64,000 bases of DNA from Clostridia bacterium (GTDB lineage: Bacteria; Bacillota; Clostridia; Oscillospirales; CAG-272), in the NCBI GenBank assembly GCA_017482055.1, contig JAFUOH010000003.1:14222-78221 (forward strand). Reading direction: 5' to 3'. The position numbers and the translations under genes were made by a program. This document shows, in pieces, positions 15,957 to 26,013 of this stretch. The notes under the pieces are model-generated. The model did not search any database, had not been told where the DNA came from, and saw only the letters and a program-made list of their open reading frames with translations. Position 1 is the stretch's first letter. Every line of letters starts with the position of its first letter.

Positions 15957-18808
15957 TGGGGATTCTTTATTCGCATGACGGTGGAATTTGCGGCGTAATC
16001 GAAAATGTCGATATAGATGTATTCGCCGAAAAGATCCGAAATGTCATAGAGCCCAACGTCGATAGCTGATGCCTCTGTCGAATCGCTGTCAACCACCGTT
16101 ATTCTCATGACCTTGTGATTATCCTCCGCCGCAACGATCAGCGCGGGCTTGTCGTCTACGGTTATGAATTCGGTGGATACAATGCTCGGAGCGGTGGTGT
16201 CGAGGAAAATATCGTAGGAAAAGCTGCTTCTTGTAAGCGATATGGGCTTTGCGTAGCTGACTGTCACAGTGTACATGCCGTCGGGATAAATATAAGATGC
16301 GTTATCGGCGGCTCTGCCGTTCCAAAGCGTGATCGAAGCAGTGGCAGGCATACCGGTGGCGGTGCTCACATAGGTGCGGGGGATGGTTCCGTAACTCACT
16401 TGCTCGATAAGATTGCCGCTTATGTCGGTCACCGTTACCGTGATGTCACTTACTGTGCGAAGCAGACCGAAGTTAAGCACCACAGCTGCGTTGTTTCGAT
16501 CGATTATCGGAGAAAATGCCAGGGCTGTCTTGTCATATTTTGTATCCTTGTATGGCTCGGAATGGGTGTCGGCTCCGAGGATCAGCGTACCGCTGTCCGT
16601 AACCTCGGAATCGTTAATATATCGGTATAGATAAATGCCGTCATACATCGCCTGTACGCCGCTGTAAAGGTCAGCGTCAAGGTATGGCGCTGCACCGAAA
16701 TTACCCGAATAGCCAAGGAAGGGTATGGACACTGTCTCATCGGTACTTGTAAGGCGTACGAAGCCTTCGATGAAGAAGCCGTTTGTGAAATGCTTCTTGT
16801 ATTCAAGATATGTTGCTTCATCAAGACAAACGATCACATCAAAGGTCTGACTCTCACCCGCGGCAAGGGTAAAGCTGTATGGTGAATAGTCGCGAGCCGC
16901 GGAATTGAGCTGATAATTAAGGCTTCCGAGCATTACCTGCGTCTGTGGAAACACGGTAAAATCGTTGGTAAATGCCAGTGTGTCCGCAGGATCGACTCCG
17001 AGGCGGGCATAAAGCGGATCATCGGAGTTTTCGATATCCAGCTCTGCATAGGTGTAAGCGCTGTAGCTGTCGGAGCCTACGATAGCATCAAGCGTGCATG
17101 CTTTGTCGGAATCAGACAGGTTTTCGGCGGTCACCTTAAACTGAACGAGACGGGTATGACCGTCGCCGAGCTCGATCTTACAGGAGCCATTCTGCGTGAG
17201 AAGCAGCTCGGAGGTGAGTGCGGCTTCGAGGCTGACAGCGCCGCCGCCCTGTACACGCGGCGAATAAGGGATAGCCTTGATCTGTTGAGTCATAAGCTCT
17301 GCCGAGCCGACAAGCAATGCTTTGATCCGCCGTGACATTTCATATGTGCCGAGGGGCGAAGCTTCATGTGTAAGCTTCTCTTTGACTATTGCACACATTC
17401 CTGCTGCTTTTGCCGCCGAGGCGGTGGTGGAGCTCATATAAGCATAGCTGCCGTCGATGGATGCGCACTGAACATTGGAGCCGACGACTGTGATATCGGG
17501 CTTGAGCCCCAACTCGGGAGTGGTACCGCTTGCGGAATAGGACGAAGGCGACGGAGTTTCACGGGTCTTTGTGACACATGTCACACCGCCTGTCAGCGTG
17601 AGGCGCTTGTCCTCGGCCAACTTTAATTGCTGACCGCTGTCGGAGGAAACGATTATTAGCGGGATGGGAGCTTCCGAAAGCTCCGCCTTTACACTGAGCG
17701 CAGAGTAGTTGTCGGGCTGAGTATCGGTGACGATAACACCGATAGCGCCGCATGCCGCGGCGTTTTTGGCCTTATCGTTAAAGCTTACCGTGCCGCGCCG
17801 CACGACTGCAAGCTTGCCTGCAAGCTCGCCCGCCGCGGCGAAGTCCTCGGGAGTACCATATCCGTCCACGATGACATATTCAAGCGTTTGTCCGTCAAAA
17901 TGCGAGGCGAAGGTCTTACCGCCCGTGACGGTGGTATAGAGGTAATTAGAGTCGCCGAAGGGTATCTGCTTGCCTCCCAATAAGGTGAAGTATTCGGACT
18001 CTACCGTATTTCCCTCGGCAGAGCCCACGGTCAGCACCGAATCAAGGGTGCCGGGCCATGCGATGGTACCTATATCCGGAATAGTTGCGGGCGGGTCGGA
18101 GGTCTCATATTCAAGTTCATAGATGCTCTCGTTTCCGTATTCAAGCACATCACCTGCAGGGCATACGACAATGACCCCCATCTCATCTGCTTTTGTTACG
18201 GCGGCGGTCAATTTTTCGGAGGAAAGGTCAAACTCCACTCCGCAAGGCTCGGCGAGAGCGATGAGTATTACATCCGCACCGAGGATTATCGCATCCTCGA
18301 TGGCGGATACCATAGCATCCTCGGTGACGGCTTCCCGTGTGTCCGAATACACCTTCATTGCGAGTATCTGTGCTTCGGGAGCAATACCCGTAGCGGCGGG
18401 ATTGGGAGATGAGAGAGTGGAGCCGTTGCCTGCCGCTATGGATACCATTGCGGTGCCGTGATAATCGTAACGCTCCTGAGACAGGTTGACATCTCCGTCA
18501 CCGTAGTCGTAGGCGAAGGGGATCTTTGCGTTTATATATAAGCTCTCCGGAGCGGATTCGGATGCTCCGACGAAAGTGGAAGCGAGCAGAGTGTCGCTTT
18601 TCTCCTTTGTCAGCTTGGGAGAGTCATTTGTAAGTACAAAGCTCTCATGTGTGAGGAAAAAGCCGTTGTCGAGTATAGCGATGCACATGCCCTCGCCGTT
18701 ATATTCCGCATGCGAGGCAGTCGCCTCGGGCACAGCTGCCGAGAGCGGAAACAACTGCAGCATCATGCCGCTGATAAGCGCGGAAATGATAAGATTTCGT
18801 TTTTTCAT
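15935..18808 (-). CDS. Secreted S8 subtilase-like protein with PA-domain insertion and Fn3-like C-terminal modules; catalytic Ser motif degenerate
   Basis: The ATG at 18808 (MKKRNLIISALISG...) has a GAGGTG RBS that overlaps the upstream stop. The track's GTG at 18817 is an alternative start. A signal peptide is present. The Asp box AILDNGF and His box YHGTAMVSIAAG are present, but the Ser box reads SSTTASAAKAAG instead of SGTSMAxPxxAG. Confidence 0.85.
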   Translation of the reverse strand: MKKRNLIISALISGMMLQLFPLSAAVPEATASHAEYNGEGMCIAILDNGFFLTHESFVLTNDSPKLTKEKSDTLLASTFVGASESAPESLYINAKIPFAYDYGDGDVNLSQERYDYHGTAMVSIAAGNGSTLSSPNPAATGIAPEAQILAMKVYSDTREAVTEDAMVSAIEDAIILGADVILIALAEPCGVEFDLSSEKLTAAVTKADEMGVIVVCPAGDVLEYGNESIYELEYETSDPPATIPDIGTIAWPGTLDSVLTVGSAEGNTVESEYFTLLGGKQIPFGDSNYLYTTVTGGKTFASHFDGQTLEYVIVDGYGTPEDFAAAGELAGKLAVVRRGTVSFNDKAKNAAACGAIGVIVTDTQPDNYSALSVKAELSEAPIPLIIVSSDSGQQLKLAEDKRLTLTGGVTCVTKTRETPSPSSYSASGTTPELGLKPDITVVGSNVQCASIDGSYAYMSSTTASAAKAAGMCAIVKEKLTHEASPLGTYEMSRRIKALLVGSAELMTQQIKAIPYSPRVQGGGAVSLEAALTSELLLTQNGSCKIELGDGHTRLVQFKVTAENLSDSDKACTLDAIVGSDSYSAYTYAELDIENSDDPLYARLGVDPADTLAFTNDFTVFPQTQVMLGSLNYQLNSAARDYSPYSFTLAAGESQTFDVIVCLDEATYLEYKKHFTNGFFIEGFVRLTSTDETVSIPFLGYSGNFGAAPYLDADLYSGVQAMYDGIYLYRYINDSEVTDSGTLILGADTHSEPYKDTKYDKTALAFSPIIDRNNAAVVLNFGLLRTVSDITVTVTDISGNLIEQVSYGTIPRTYVSTATGMPATASITLWNGRAADNASYIYPDGMYTVTVSYAKPISLTRSSFSYDIFLDTTAPSIVSTEFITVDDKPALIVAAEDNHKVMRITVVDSDSTEASAIDVGLYDISDLFGEYIYIDIFDYAANSTVMRIKNPHYIPDDD

Positions 18809-18818
18809 TTTGGACACC

Positions 18819-21800
18819 TCAATTTGCGAGGTCGGAAAGGGTGAGCTTGCCGACTGTGATGTTATAGGCGTTGTCGATTATCTCATAATACAGAGTATCG
18901 CCTGTGTACTTGCCGATATTGAAGGAGACCTCACTGCCGTGCTCAAGCAGGAAAAATGCGCCGTCACTGTCATTTTCGTAAATACTGATGACACGGACTC
19001 CGAATTCGTCCGAAGCGGTAAGCGACAGCGTGTCACCATCAAGTGTTACCGAGGAAAGGGTTGGGTCAACTGTGTCAATGATCACGGGATAAGTGTAGGT
19101 CTGTTTTACATCCTCACCGTAGTCGAGCGTATATTCGAGGCTTACGGTATATTTCCCGTCCGGAAGCTTGTAGCGGGAATACATACCGTCACTACCGTCC
19201 CAGTGGAAACGGAACACCGTTACTTCCTCCATCCCCACTGTTTTGCTGAAATACGGGAACTTTGAAGTATAGACGGTATTGCCTTCGGGATCGGTGATAG
19301 TCATTGAAGAACTCTTGCAGTTGCGTATGGCAGTGGCGCCGAAATTAATATCGTCGGCGTAATCGTCGCCATTAGGTGAAAAGGCGATGGTGTCGCGGTC
19401 GTATACATAGGTTTCGGCGAAAATATCCGCGCCTGCGGGGATATATTTGCCGTTTACCATAACGTAGAACTTAGTGCCGTCGAACATTTCCGTTTCACCG
19501 GCATATGCATCGCCGTCAAGCACGGGAGCGGCGCCCCAATCGCCTATGTAACCCATGTAAGGAAGCGAAACGGTGGCCCCCTCCGTCTCGCAGATGACAA
19601 AGCCCTCCGCAAAGTGACCGTTGGTGAAGATCTCGCCGAGTGTTTTGTGGTATGTGTCATCGAAATCAATGCTTACCGTGAGCGTACGCGCCTCACCCGC
19701 ATCAAGAGTGAGTGTAAGCGGCGTGTGATCATCGGCATAGCGGTTGAGGTTGCCGCTTGATCCGACAGTGATCTTCGATGCCCTGTCCGCCTCGGCAGTG
19801 AGGGTGCTGTAATATTCCTCCTTGCCGTCGAATTCGAGCAGCGTATATCCATCGCTCGTAAGAGTAACGCCGAGATCTACTTTGAGCGGTGCGTCGGTGA
19901 GATTTTTTAAGGTTATATCAAAGGCAGTGACATCCGTGAGCTTGTCGAACAGCTCGGCTTTTGCCTTGCCCGTAGCAGTATAGGTGAGCTCTAAACTTTG
20001 ATCGATCGCCCCTTCAAGGTCGATAAGTCCCGCGCCCTGTGCGCGTGGCGAATATTCGATGCCGTTTGCTTGAAGGATGGGTGAAGCGGTGTTCATAAGC
20101 GCGTTTTTTACATCTACCGCTAAGGCGGCGTTATCGGTGATACCGCTGTTGCGCGCTTTTTCTATAAGCAGTGCGCAGGCACCCGCGAGCTGAGGGGACG
20201 CCATGGAGGTGCCCGAGCTTGATGAGTATCCTCCGCCGACAACAGTGCTGAGCACGCTGCTGCCTATAGCGGAAATATCGGGCTTTAATGTGAGAGAGGG
20301 CGTAGTGCCATAGGACGAAAAGCTTGAAATAAGTCCCGCACCGTCGGTGTTCTCACGCCAGGTATAATTGTTGCCGAAGGTGAGCTTGCGGGCAGTTTCA
20401 TCTATAAGCGCGAGACCGTCCTCCAAGCTGATGGCAATGGCGGGGATAGCGGCGTCTGTGAGCTCCATATTGAAATATTCCTCGCCCTCGGTGTTATTGT
20501 ATACGATAACACCGACGGCTCCGTGCTTGGCGGCAATGTTTGCTTTGTCGGTAAACATTATTGTTCCGCGCGAGACGAGCGCTAATTTGCCTGTGACGTC
20601 GATACCATCATAGTCCTTTTCCTCTCCGACGCCGGGGATCACGGCGTATTCAAGGGTCTTGCCGCCGAAATATTCACCGAACGGCACGTCTATGACCTCG
20701 CTTGCCGCGTTTGTGTCGGTATACTCTATATAAAGCTCGTGATTTTCGGCGTGTTTAAAGTGGAGGGAATAGTAGATACCGTTATTGGCGCTTGCTACGG
20801 ACATTGCGTAGCTTGCGGCGGAGGGAGAGCTGAGCGTGCCGTAATCGGTGTAGCTTGCGAGGGGATACATGATCTCTGCCTCTTCATAAAGTCTGCTGCG
20901 TTGGGTGGTCACACTGTCATTACCTGCTGCGCCGATTATGATACATCCGCTTTGCTCGGCTTTTTCGATGAGAGAGGCGAGTCCCACGATCTCTGCGGGA
21001 TCGACCGAGCCCGAATAGTGACCGATGCTCAGATTGACTACATCCGCACCTAATTTGATAGCATCCTCAAGTGCCGCGATCAGCGCTTTGTCGGAGGCGG
21101 ATGTACCCTCGTCATTGAACACCTTCATTAAGAGCAGCTGTACACCCGGAGCGATTCCGTGCATGTCGCTGATTTCGGTTTCTGCGGCTCCTATGATGCC
21201 CGCTACGTGTGTTCCGTGATTTGAGGACTCTGTGGAGACGTCGGCGTCGTTATATGCGTAGTCGTACATGAACGGGATCTTTGAGCTATGGTAAAGCGGC
21301 GCGATATCATAAGAGTTTCGCAGTGCCGTTAAGCGATTGGAGCCGATCACCATTGAAAAGGCTTCAAGCTCCAGCGTTTCGGTGACTTGGACGTTAAACG
21401 CGGGATGGTTTATGTCAAAACCGCTGTCAAGCACGGCTACCTTTACACCATCGCCCGTAAGTCCGGCTTTTTCTGCGGCGCTAAGTCCGATCATTTCTGC
21501 GGCGGACATGTCTCCGGTACCCGCCTCGGCGGAAAGTGCTTCATATTCGGCACAGCGGTAGACTTTTTTTACAAAATCGTAATTTTCCAGCCGCCATATC
21601 GCTGTTTCGGGCAGCTCCGCGGAAAAACCGCACAGCAGAGTATCGTATATGTATCCGTATTCAAAATCGGAAAGCTTTCGATCAATGCTGTCTGCACAGT
21701 TCGCGGCAAATTCGGCTGGAGATGCACCATTTGGCGGCGACAGCTCGACTATTACATCGGTCGTGACAGGCTCCGCCGCAAGCACTGTGCCGCTGAGCGC

Positions 21801-21845
21801 CAATGCCTGCGAAAGCGCGAGCAGTAAGGGAAGAAATTTTTTCAT
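18819..21845 (-). CDS. Secreted S8 subtilase (C5a-peptidase / cell-envelope protease-like) with N-terminal propeptide-like region and PA domain
   Basis: Start chosen at ATG 21845 (MKKFLPLLLALSQALALSGTVLA, AAGGAA RBS). The canonical triad boxes are VAVLDSGF, NHGTHVAGIIGA and SGTSMASPQLAG. The track start at 21875 adds 10 residues with no RBS. Confidence 0.9.
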   Translation of the reverse strand: MKKFLPLLLALSQALALSGTVLAAEPVTTDVIVELSPPNGASPAEFAANCADSIDRKLSDFEYGYIYDTLLCGFSAELPETAIWRLENYDFVKKVYRCAEYEALSAEAGTGDMSAAEMIGLSAAEKAGLTGDGVKVAVLDSGFDINHPAFNVQVTETLELEAFSMVIGSNRLTALRNSYDIAPLYHSSKIPFMYDYAYNDADVSTESSNHGTHVAGIIGAAETEISDMHGIAPGVQLLLMKVFNDEGTSASDKALIAALEDAIKLGADVVNLSIGHYSGSVDPAEIVGLASLIEKAEQSGCIIIGAAGNDSVTTQRSRLYEEAEIMYPLASYTDYGTLSSPSAASYAMSVASANNGIYYSLHFKHAENHELYIEYTDTNAASEVIDVPFGEYFGGKTLEYAVIPGVGEEKDYDGIDVTGKLALVSRGTIMFTDKANIAAKHGAVGVIVYNNTEGEEYFNMELTDAAIPAIAISLEDGLALIDETARKLTFGNNYTWRENTDGAGLISSFSSYGTTPSLTLKPDISAIGSSVLSTVVGGGYSSSSGTSMASPQLAGACALLIEKARNSGITDNAALAVDVKNALMNTASPILQANGIEYSPRAQGAGLIDLEGAIDQSLELTYTATGKAKAELFDKLTDVTAFDITLKNLTDAPLKVDLGVTLTSDGYTLLEFDGKEEYYSTLTAEADRASKITVGSSGNLNRYADDHTPLTLTLDAGEARTLTVSIDFDDTYHKTLGEIFTNGHFAEGFVICETEGATVSLPYMGYIGDWGAAPVLDGDAYAGETEMFDGTKFYVMVNGKYIPAGADIFAETYVYDRDTIAFSPNGDDYADDINFGATAIRNCKSSSMTITDPEGNTVYTSKFPYFSKTVGMEEVTVFRFHWDGSDGMYSRYKLPDGKYTVSLEYTLDYGEDVKQTYTYPVIIDTVDPTLSSVTLDGDTLSLTASDEFGVRVISIYENDSDGAFFLLEHGSEVSFNIGKYTGDTLYYEIIDNAYNITVGKLTLSDLAN

Positions 21846-22022
21846 TATCCGTACCGTTCCTTGATTTTTTTGCAATATACTGCAATTATACCATCTTTTC
21901 GTGATAAAATCAATGGAATATTTATGTATAGTATGAAAAATAAATATTTTATCAAATTAGCGGTTAATGCAGAATAAGTTACATTTGCGCATATTCGGGT
22001 TACATTATGACATAAAACGTAC

Positions 22023-22051
22023 TTGACCGAAATGAAAACATCTGCTATAAT
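22023..22051 (+). promoter_or_regulatory. Sigma-A type promoter for the alpha-galactosidase gene
   Basis: TTGACC, a 17-nt spacer, then TATAAT, about 30 nt upstream of the ATG at 22083. Confidence 0.6.
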
Positions 22052-22082
22052 AAAAGCAGAAAAATTACATGGAGGATGTAAT

Positions 22083-24293
22083 ATGTCCATAATCTATAAC
22101 TCCGAGCTTCGCGTGTTCAAGCTCGACACACCCGATTCCACCTATGCCATCGAGGTAAGCCCTACGGGATATCTTCTTCATCTCTACTACGGTGCATCGG
22201 TACCGGATACTGATCTTCGCTATCTGCGCCGTATGATCGGCGTTTCGTCCACCAGTGCGCAGGTACAGGATGCCAAGGAAAATGGCATGTCCCTCGACAC
22301 GGTACATCTCGAATACCCCGCCGAGGGCGCGGGCGATATGCGTATCTCTGCGCTGTCCATACGCGGTGAGAACGGCTGTAACGCCACGGCTATCAAGTAT
22401 AAGTCCCACAAGATCTACAATGGCAAGCCTGCTATAAAAGGGCTTCCCGCTGTATATACAAATACCGATGATGAAGCGGATACGCTTGAGATAGTATGTG
22501 AAGATACGCTGACGGGTGCGGAGGTTACGCTTATCTATACCGCATTCACACAGCTTGACGCCATCACACGCAGTGTGCGAGTAAAGAATACCTCCGACAG
22601 GTCTTTCAGCATCGAGCGCGTCCATTCAACCGCGCTCGACCTCCCGGATATGAATTTCGAGATGATGCATCTGCAGGGACGCTGGGCAAAGGAGAGAACG
22701 CTGGTCAAGCGCCATCTCCAGTACGGTCTGCAGGGTATCCATTCCAAGCGCGGCACGTCCAGCCATCATAACAATCCCTTCCTCGCACTGGGGCGTGATG
22801 GCTATACCGAGGAAACAGGAGAGGTCTACGGCTTCTCGCTTGTATATTCAAGCAATTTCAAGGTCGAGATAGAAGTGGATTTCCTCGGCACCTCCCGTGT
22901 GCTCATGGGTATCAACCCCGATACCTTCGGCTGGTTGCTTGAACCGGGAGAAGAATTCGCGTCTCCCGAGGCGGTCATGGTATATTCCAACCATGGTGTG
23001 GGCGGCATGAGCCGCACCTATCACAAGCTGTACCGCTATAACCTCTGCCGCGGCGAATGGAAAACAAAGAAGCGCCCCATACTTATCAACAACTGGGAAG
23101 CTACCTACTTTGATTTCGATGATGATAAGCTTGTTGCCATTGCTAAGGATGCCTCCGAGCTCGGTATTGAGATGCTTGTAATGGATGACGGTTGGTTCGG
23201 CGTACGAAACAACGATAAATCCTCCCTCGGAGACTGGTATGTAAACGAAAGTAAGCTGAAAGGCGGTCTCGGAAAGCTTGTCGAGCGGGTAAATGCGCTC
23301 GGTATGAAGTTCGGCATTTGGTTTGAGCCCGAGATGATATCTCCCGACAGTGACCTGTACCGCGCCCATCCCGATTGGTGCATTAAAGTCGAGGGGCGTG
23401 AGATGTCCATCGGACGCACTCAGTATGTGCTCGATATGTCCAGAGCCGACGTGCGAGACAATATCTTCGATCAGATGTACAAGATACTTTCAAGTGCCAA
23501 CATAGAGTATGTAAAGTGGGATTTTAACCGCAATCTTACCGAGGTTGGAAGCGCACTTCTGCCGCATGAACGTCAGAAGGAGTTCTTCCATCGCTACATA
23601 CTGGGCGTGTATGAGCTGCTCGAACGTTTGCTCGCCGCTTTCCCGAAGCTGCTTCTTGAGGGCTGTGCGGGCGGAGGCGGTCGCTTCGACCCCGGTATGC
23701 TCTACTACAGCCCGCAGATATGGACGTCCGACGACACCGATGCCATGGAGCGCCTGGAGATACAGTACGGTACGTCCATGGTATACCCGCTGTCAAGCAT
23801 GAGTGCCCATGTTTCCGCTTGCCCCAACCATCAAACCAAGCGTGTTACGAGCTTCAAGACACGCGGTGACGTTGCAATGGGCGGCGCGTTCGGTTACGAG
23901 CTTGACATCACCACATTGAATGATGACGAGCGTGCGCTGGTACGCGAGCAGGTTGCTGCATATCACAAGTATTACAATGTTATCCAGAACGGAGACTATT
24001 ACCGTCTGATCAATCCCACCGAGGATAAGGCGAATTTCACCTGCGCTTCCGCGTGGGAATCGGTGTCGCAGGATAAGAACGAGGTACTGCTGACCTACGT
24101 TGTTATGCGTACTCAGCCGACTCTGCAGCGGTATATCCGTCTTGCAGGGCTTGATCCCGAAAAGGTCTACACCGACACTGCCACAGGTATAAAATATTCG
24201 GGCGCCCTTCTCATGAACGCGGGACTGAATATCTCCGGCAACTATACCGACGGCACAAGCCTTGTATGGCATTTTGTGGCGGATAACCGATAA
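22083..24293 (+). CDS. Alpha-galactosidase, glycoside hydrolase family 36
   Basis: The ATG at 22083 follows GGAGGA. GH36 hallmarks are present: NNWEATYFDF, VMDDGWF, KWDFNR, CAGGGGRFD and SDDTDA. Confidence 0.9.
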   Translation: MSIIYNSELRVFKLDTPDSTYAIEVSPTGYLLHLYYGASVPDTDLRYLRRMIGVSSTSAQVQDAKENGMSLDTVHLEYPAEGAGDMRISALSIRGENGCNATAIKYKSHKIYNGKPAIKGLPAVYTNTDDEADTLEIVCEDTLTGAEVTLIYTAFTQLDAITRSVRVKNTSDRSFSIERVHSTALDLPDMNFEMMHLQGRWAKERTLVKRHLQYGLQGIHSKRGTSSHHNNPFLALGRDGYTEETGEVYGFSLVYSSNFKVEIEVDFLGTSRVLMGINPDTFGWLLEPGEEFASPEAVMVYSNHGVGGMSRTYHKLYRYNLCRGEWKTKKRPILINNWEATYFDFDDDKLVAIAKDASELGIEMLVMDDGWFGVRNNDKSSLGDWYVNESKLKGGLGKLVERVNALGMKFGIWFEPEMISPDSDLYRAHPDWCIKVEGREMSIGRTQYVLDMSRADVRDNIFDQMYKILSSANIEYVKWDFNRNLTEVGSALLPHERQKEFFHRYILGVYELLERLLAAFPKLLLEGCAGGGGRFDPGMLYYSPQIWTSDDTDAMERLEIQYGTSMVYPLSSMSAHVSACPNHQTKRVTSFKTRGDVAMGGAFGYELDITTLNDDERALVREQVAAYHKYYNVIQNGDYYRLINPTEDKANFTCASAWESVSQDKNEVLLTYVVMRTQPTLQRYIRLAGLDPEKVYTDTATGIKYSGALLMNAGLNISGNYTDGTSLVWHFVADNR

Positions 24294-24298
24294 AAAAA

Positions 24299-24339
24299 TT
24301 GCCCGATCCGTTTTTGCACGGATCGGGCAAAGCTTTTTT
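24299..24339. terminator. Bidirectional rho-independent terminator
   Basis: Perfect 12-bp stem ttgcccgatccg / cggatcgggcaa with an A-run before it and a T-run after it, between the convergent aga and coaX genes. Confidence 0.8.
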
Positions 24340-25114
24340 ATTTGCGCTTTCGCATATTTTTTTTGTATATCTCCTTAAGACCGAGGAGCAGCAGTGTATC
24401 GTCGCTTTTGATGTTGTGAGCACACAGCGGAACTATGTCGGGGGCATCTTTGCCCGATGCGATGACTACTGCGTTTTCGCCTATCTCGCCCTCAATGCGG
24501 GTTATCATTCCGTCAAGCATTGCCACACTGCCGTATATACAACCGCTCTGCATACTTTCCATTGTGTTGGTGCCGATACATTTTTTCGGTTCCGTTCTGG
24601 CAAAATGCGGGAGCAGACTGGTGCCGTTGCTCAGCGCCTCTGCGGACAAGGTCACACCGGGAGCGATCACACATCCCATAAAGGCTCCATTTTTGTCAAG
24701 TACCGAGAAGGTTGCGGCGGTGCCGAGGTCGATAAGTATCAGTGGTGGCGTATATTTTGAAAGTGCGCCCACCGCGGCGGCAACGAGATCGCTGCCAAGC
24801 TGAGTTGGGTCATCGGTGAGTATGTTGAGCCCCGTTTTGGTGCCCACACCCAGTACATGCGGACGGAAGCCAAGCAGCTTTTCAAGCGCCGAGCGTACCG
24901 TTTCGGTCATTGTCGGCACCACGGATGAGCCAATAGCTCCCTCAAACGCCGACGGCGCAAGCCCGTTAAAATCAAGCAGTCCTTTAAAAATACAGGCGTA
25001 CTCGTCGGAGGTGCGGTTTGTATCGTTTGATACGGAAACGGTGCCGCAAAGTTCGTCGCCCTCAAAGAAGCCGAGCTGTATACTGTCGTTTCCGATATTA
25101 TATGCTAAAAGCAT
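24338..25114 (-). CDS. coaX: Type III pantothenate kinase
   Basis: 258-aa ORF with an AGAGGA RBS. N-terminus is MLLAYNIGNDSIQLG, and the DLGTAATF and GTNT motifs of the CoaX/acetate-sugar kinase fold are present. Confidence 0.85.
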   Translation of the reverse strand: MLLAYNIGNDSIQLGFFEGDELCGTVSVSNDTNRTSDEYACIFKGLLDFNGLAPSAFEGAIGSSVVPTMTETVRSALEKLLGFRPHVLGVGTKTGLNILTDDPTQLGSDLVAAAVGALSKYTPPLILIDLGTAATFSVLDKNGAFMGCVIAPGVTLSAEALSNGTSLLPHFARTEPKKCIGTNTMESMQSGCIYGSVAMLDGMITRIEGEIGENAVVIASGKDAPDIVPLCAHNIKSDDTLLLLGLKEIYKKNMRKRK

Positions 25115-25124
25115 AATGTTCCTC

Positions 25125-25733
25125 TTATCTCATTCTTTTATTGTAGTAATCGACCACACGGGTGATTACGGTACCAAGGGCGATGTTTACCAAAAATTCC
25201 ACGATGAAGTTGATGCCGATCCAGGAGAGGAACAGCATACCGAGCGGTGATTGACCCTCGGGAGCATTTCCTGCGAGAAATCCGTAGAAGATGGTCATCA
25301 TAGCCAAGGCAAAAAGTCCTGTGTTGGTGATGGGCGCCAGTGCGCTTGAAACCATGGTAGCCGCAACCGATGACTTCTTTTGAAGCGCATTGAAAACAAA
25401 TCCCGCAACGGCTCCTGCGGCTGTCCCCTTGAAAAGGCAGATGAATGTGGTGCCGACTGCACTGTAATTCATCATCATGTTGATAAATCCACCGTCATAG
25501 CCCATGAGTCCCGTGATATAAACTACTGCGCTGAACACAAAGCCGAGCAGCGCACCGCATTTGGGACCGTAGATCGCTGCGCCGACGATGATGGGCGTGA
25601 GTGCCAGTGTAATTGAAAAAGGCCCGAATTTTATGAACGTACAAACAAGCTGAAGCGCGATAACTATCGCTGTCAGAATTGCGTACATGGTCATTTTCCG
25701 AACCTTTTCGTGAGAGTTTGTGCGAGTATTCAT
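25125..25733 (-). CDS. ECF transporter S component (substrate-binding membrane subunit); pantothenate specificity is only guessed from coupling to coaX
   Basis: 202-aa ORF with a GGAGGA RBS and about six TM helices with Gly/Ala-rich packing typical of ECF S components. It ends 10 nt upstream of coaX. Confidence 0.7.
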   Translation of the reverse strand: MNTRTNSHEKVRKMTMYAILTAIVIALQLVCTFIKFGPFSITLALTPIIVGAAIYGPKCGALLGFVFSAVVYITGLMGYDGGFINMMMNYSAVGTTFICLFKGTAAGAVAGFVFNALQKKSSVAATMVSSALAPITNTGLFALAMMTIFYGFLAGNAPEGQSPLGMLFLSWIGINFIVEFLVNIALGTVITRVVDYYNKRMR

Positions 25734-25807
25734 AATTTCCTCCTGCTGCCGCTCCCGCTCAGCGGGATACAGCGCATAATATTTCCGAGCTTGTGTCGGA
25801 TGACACC

Positions 25808-25836
25808 ATTATATCACCGGGAGCCATTCTTGTCAA
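25808..25836 (-). promoter_or_regulatory. Consensus sigma-A promoter for the ECF-S/coaX operon
   Basis: The minus strand reads TTGACA, a 17-nt spacer, then TATAAT (both hexamers perfect). A leader of about 75 nt with two short hairpins follows. Confidence 0.7.
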
Positions 25837-26013
25837 GGAGAATTTTGCACAATAAATCAGATAAAACTTTTGCCCTCATTAATTTATCTATTAATTTTCC
25901 GACTTTTTCGTTGGTTTGTGGCTGTTTTCGGTTGACAAATCGCCAAAAGTGCGATATAATTAATATATATGCCCAAAATCAGACGTATCCTATATGGAAA
26001 GGAACATGAGAAC

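Noticed and set aside
21846-22082. Possible small gene or ncRNA in the AT-rich gap between the subtilase and alpha-galactosidase genes
   Set aside because: I see only promoter-like elements (TTGACC-17-TATAAT). There is no ORF with an RBS and no convincing stable secondary structure.
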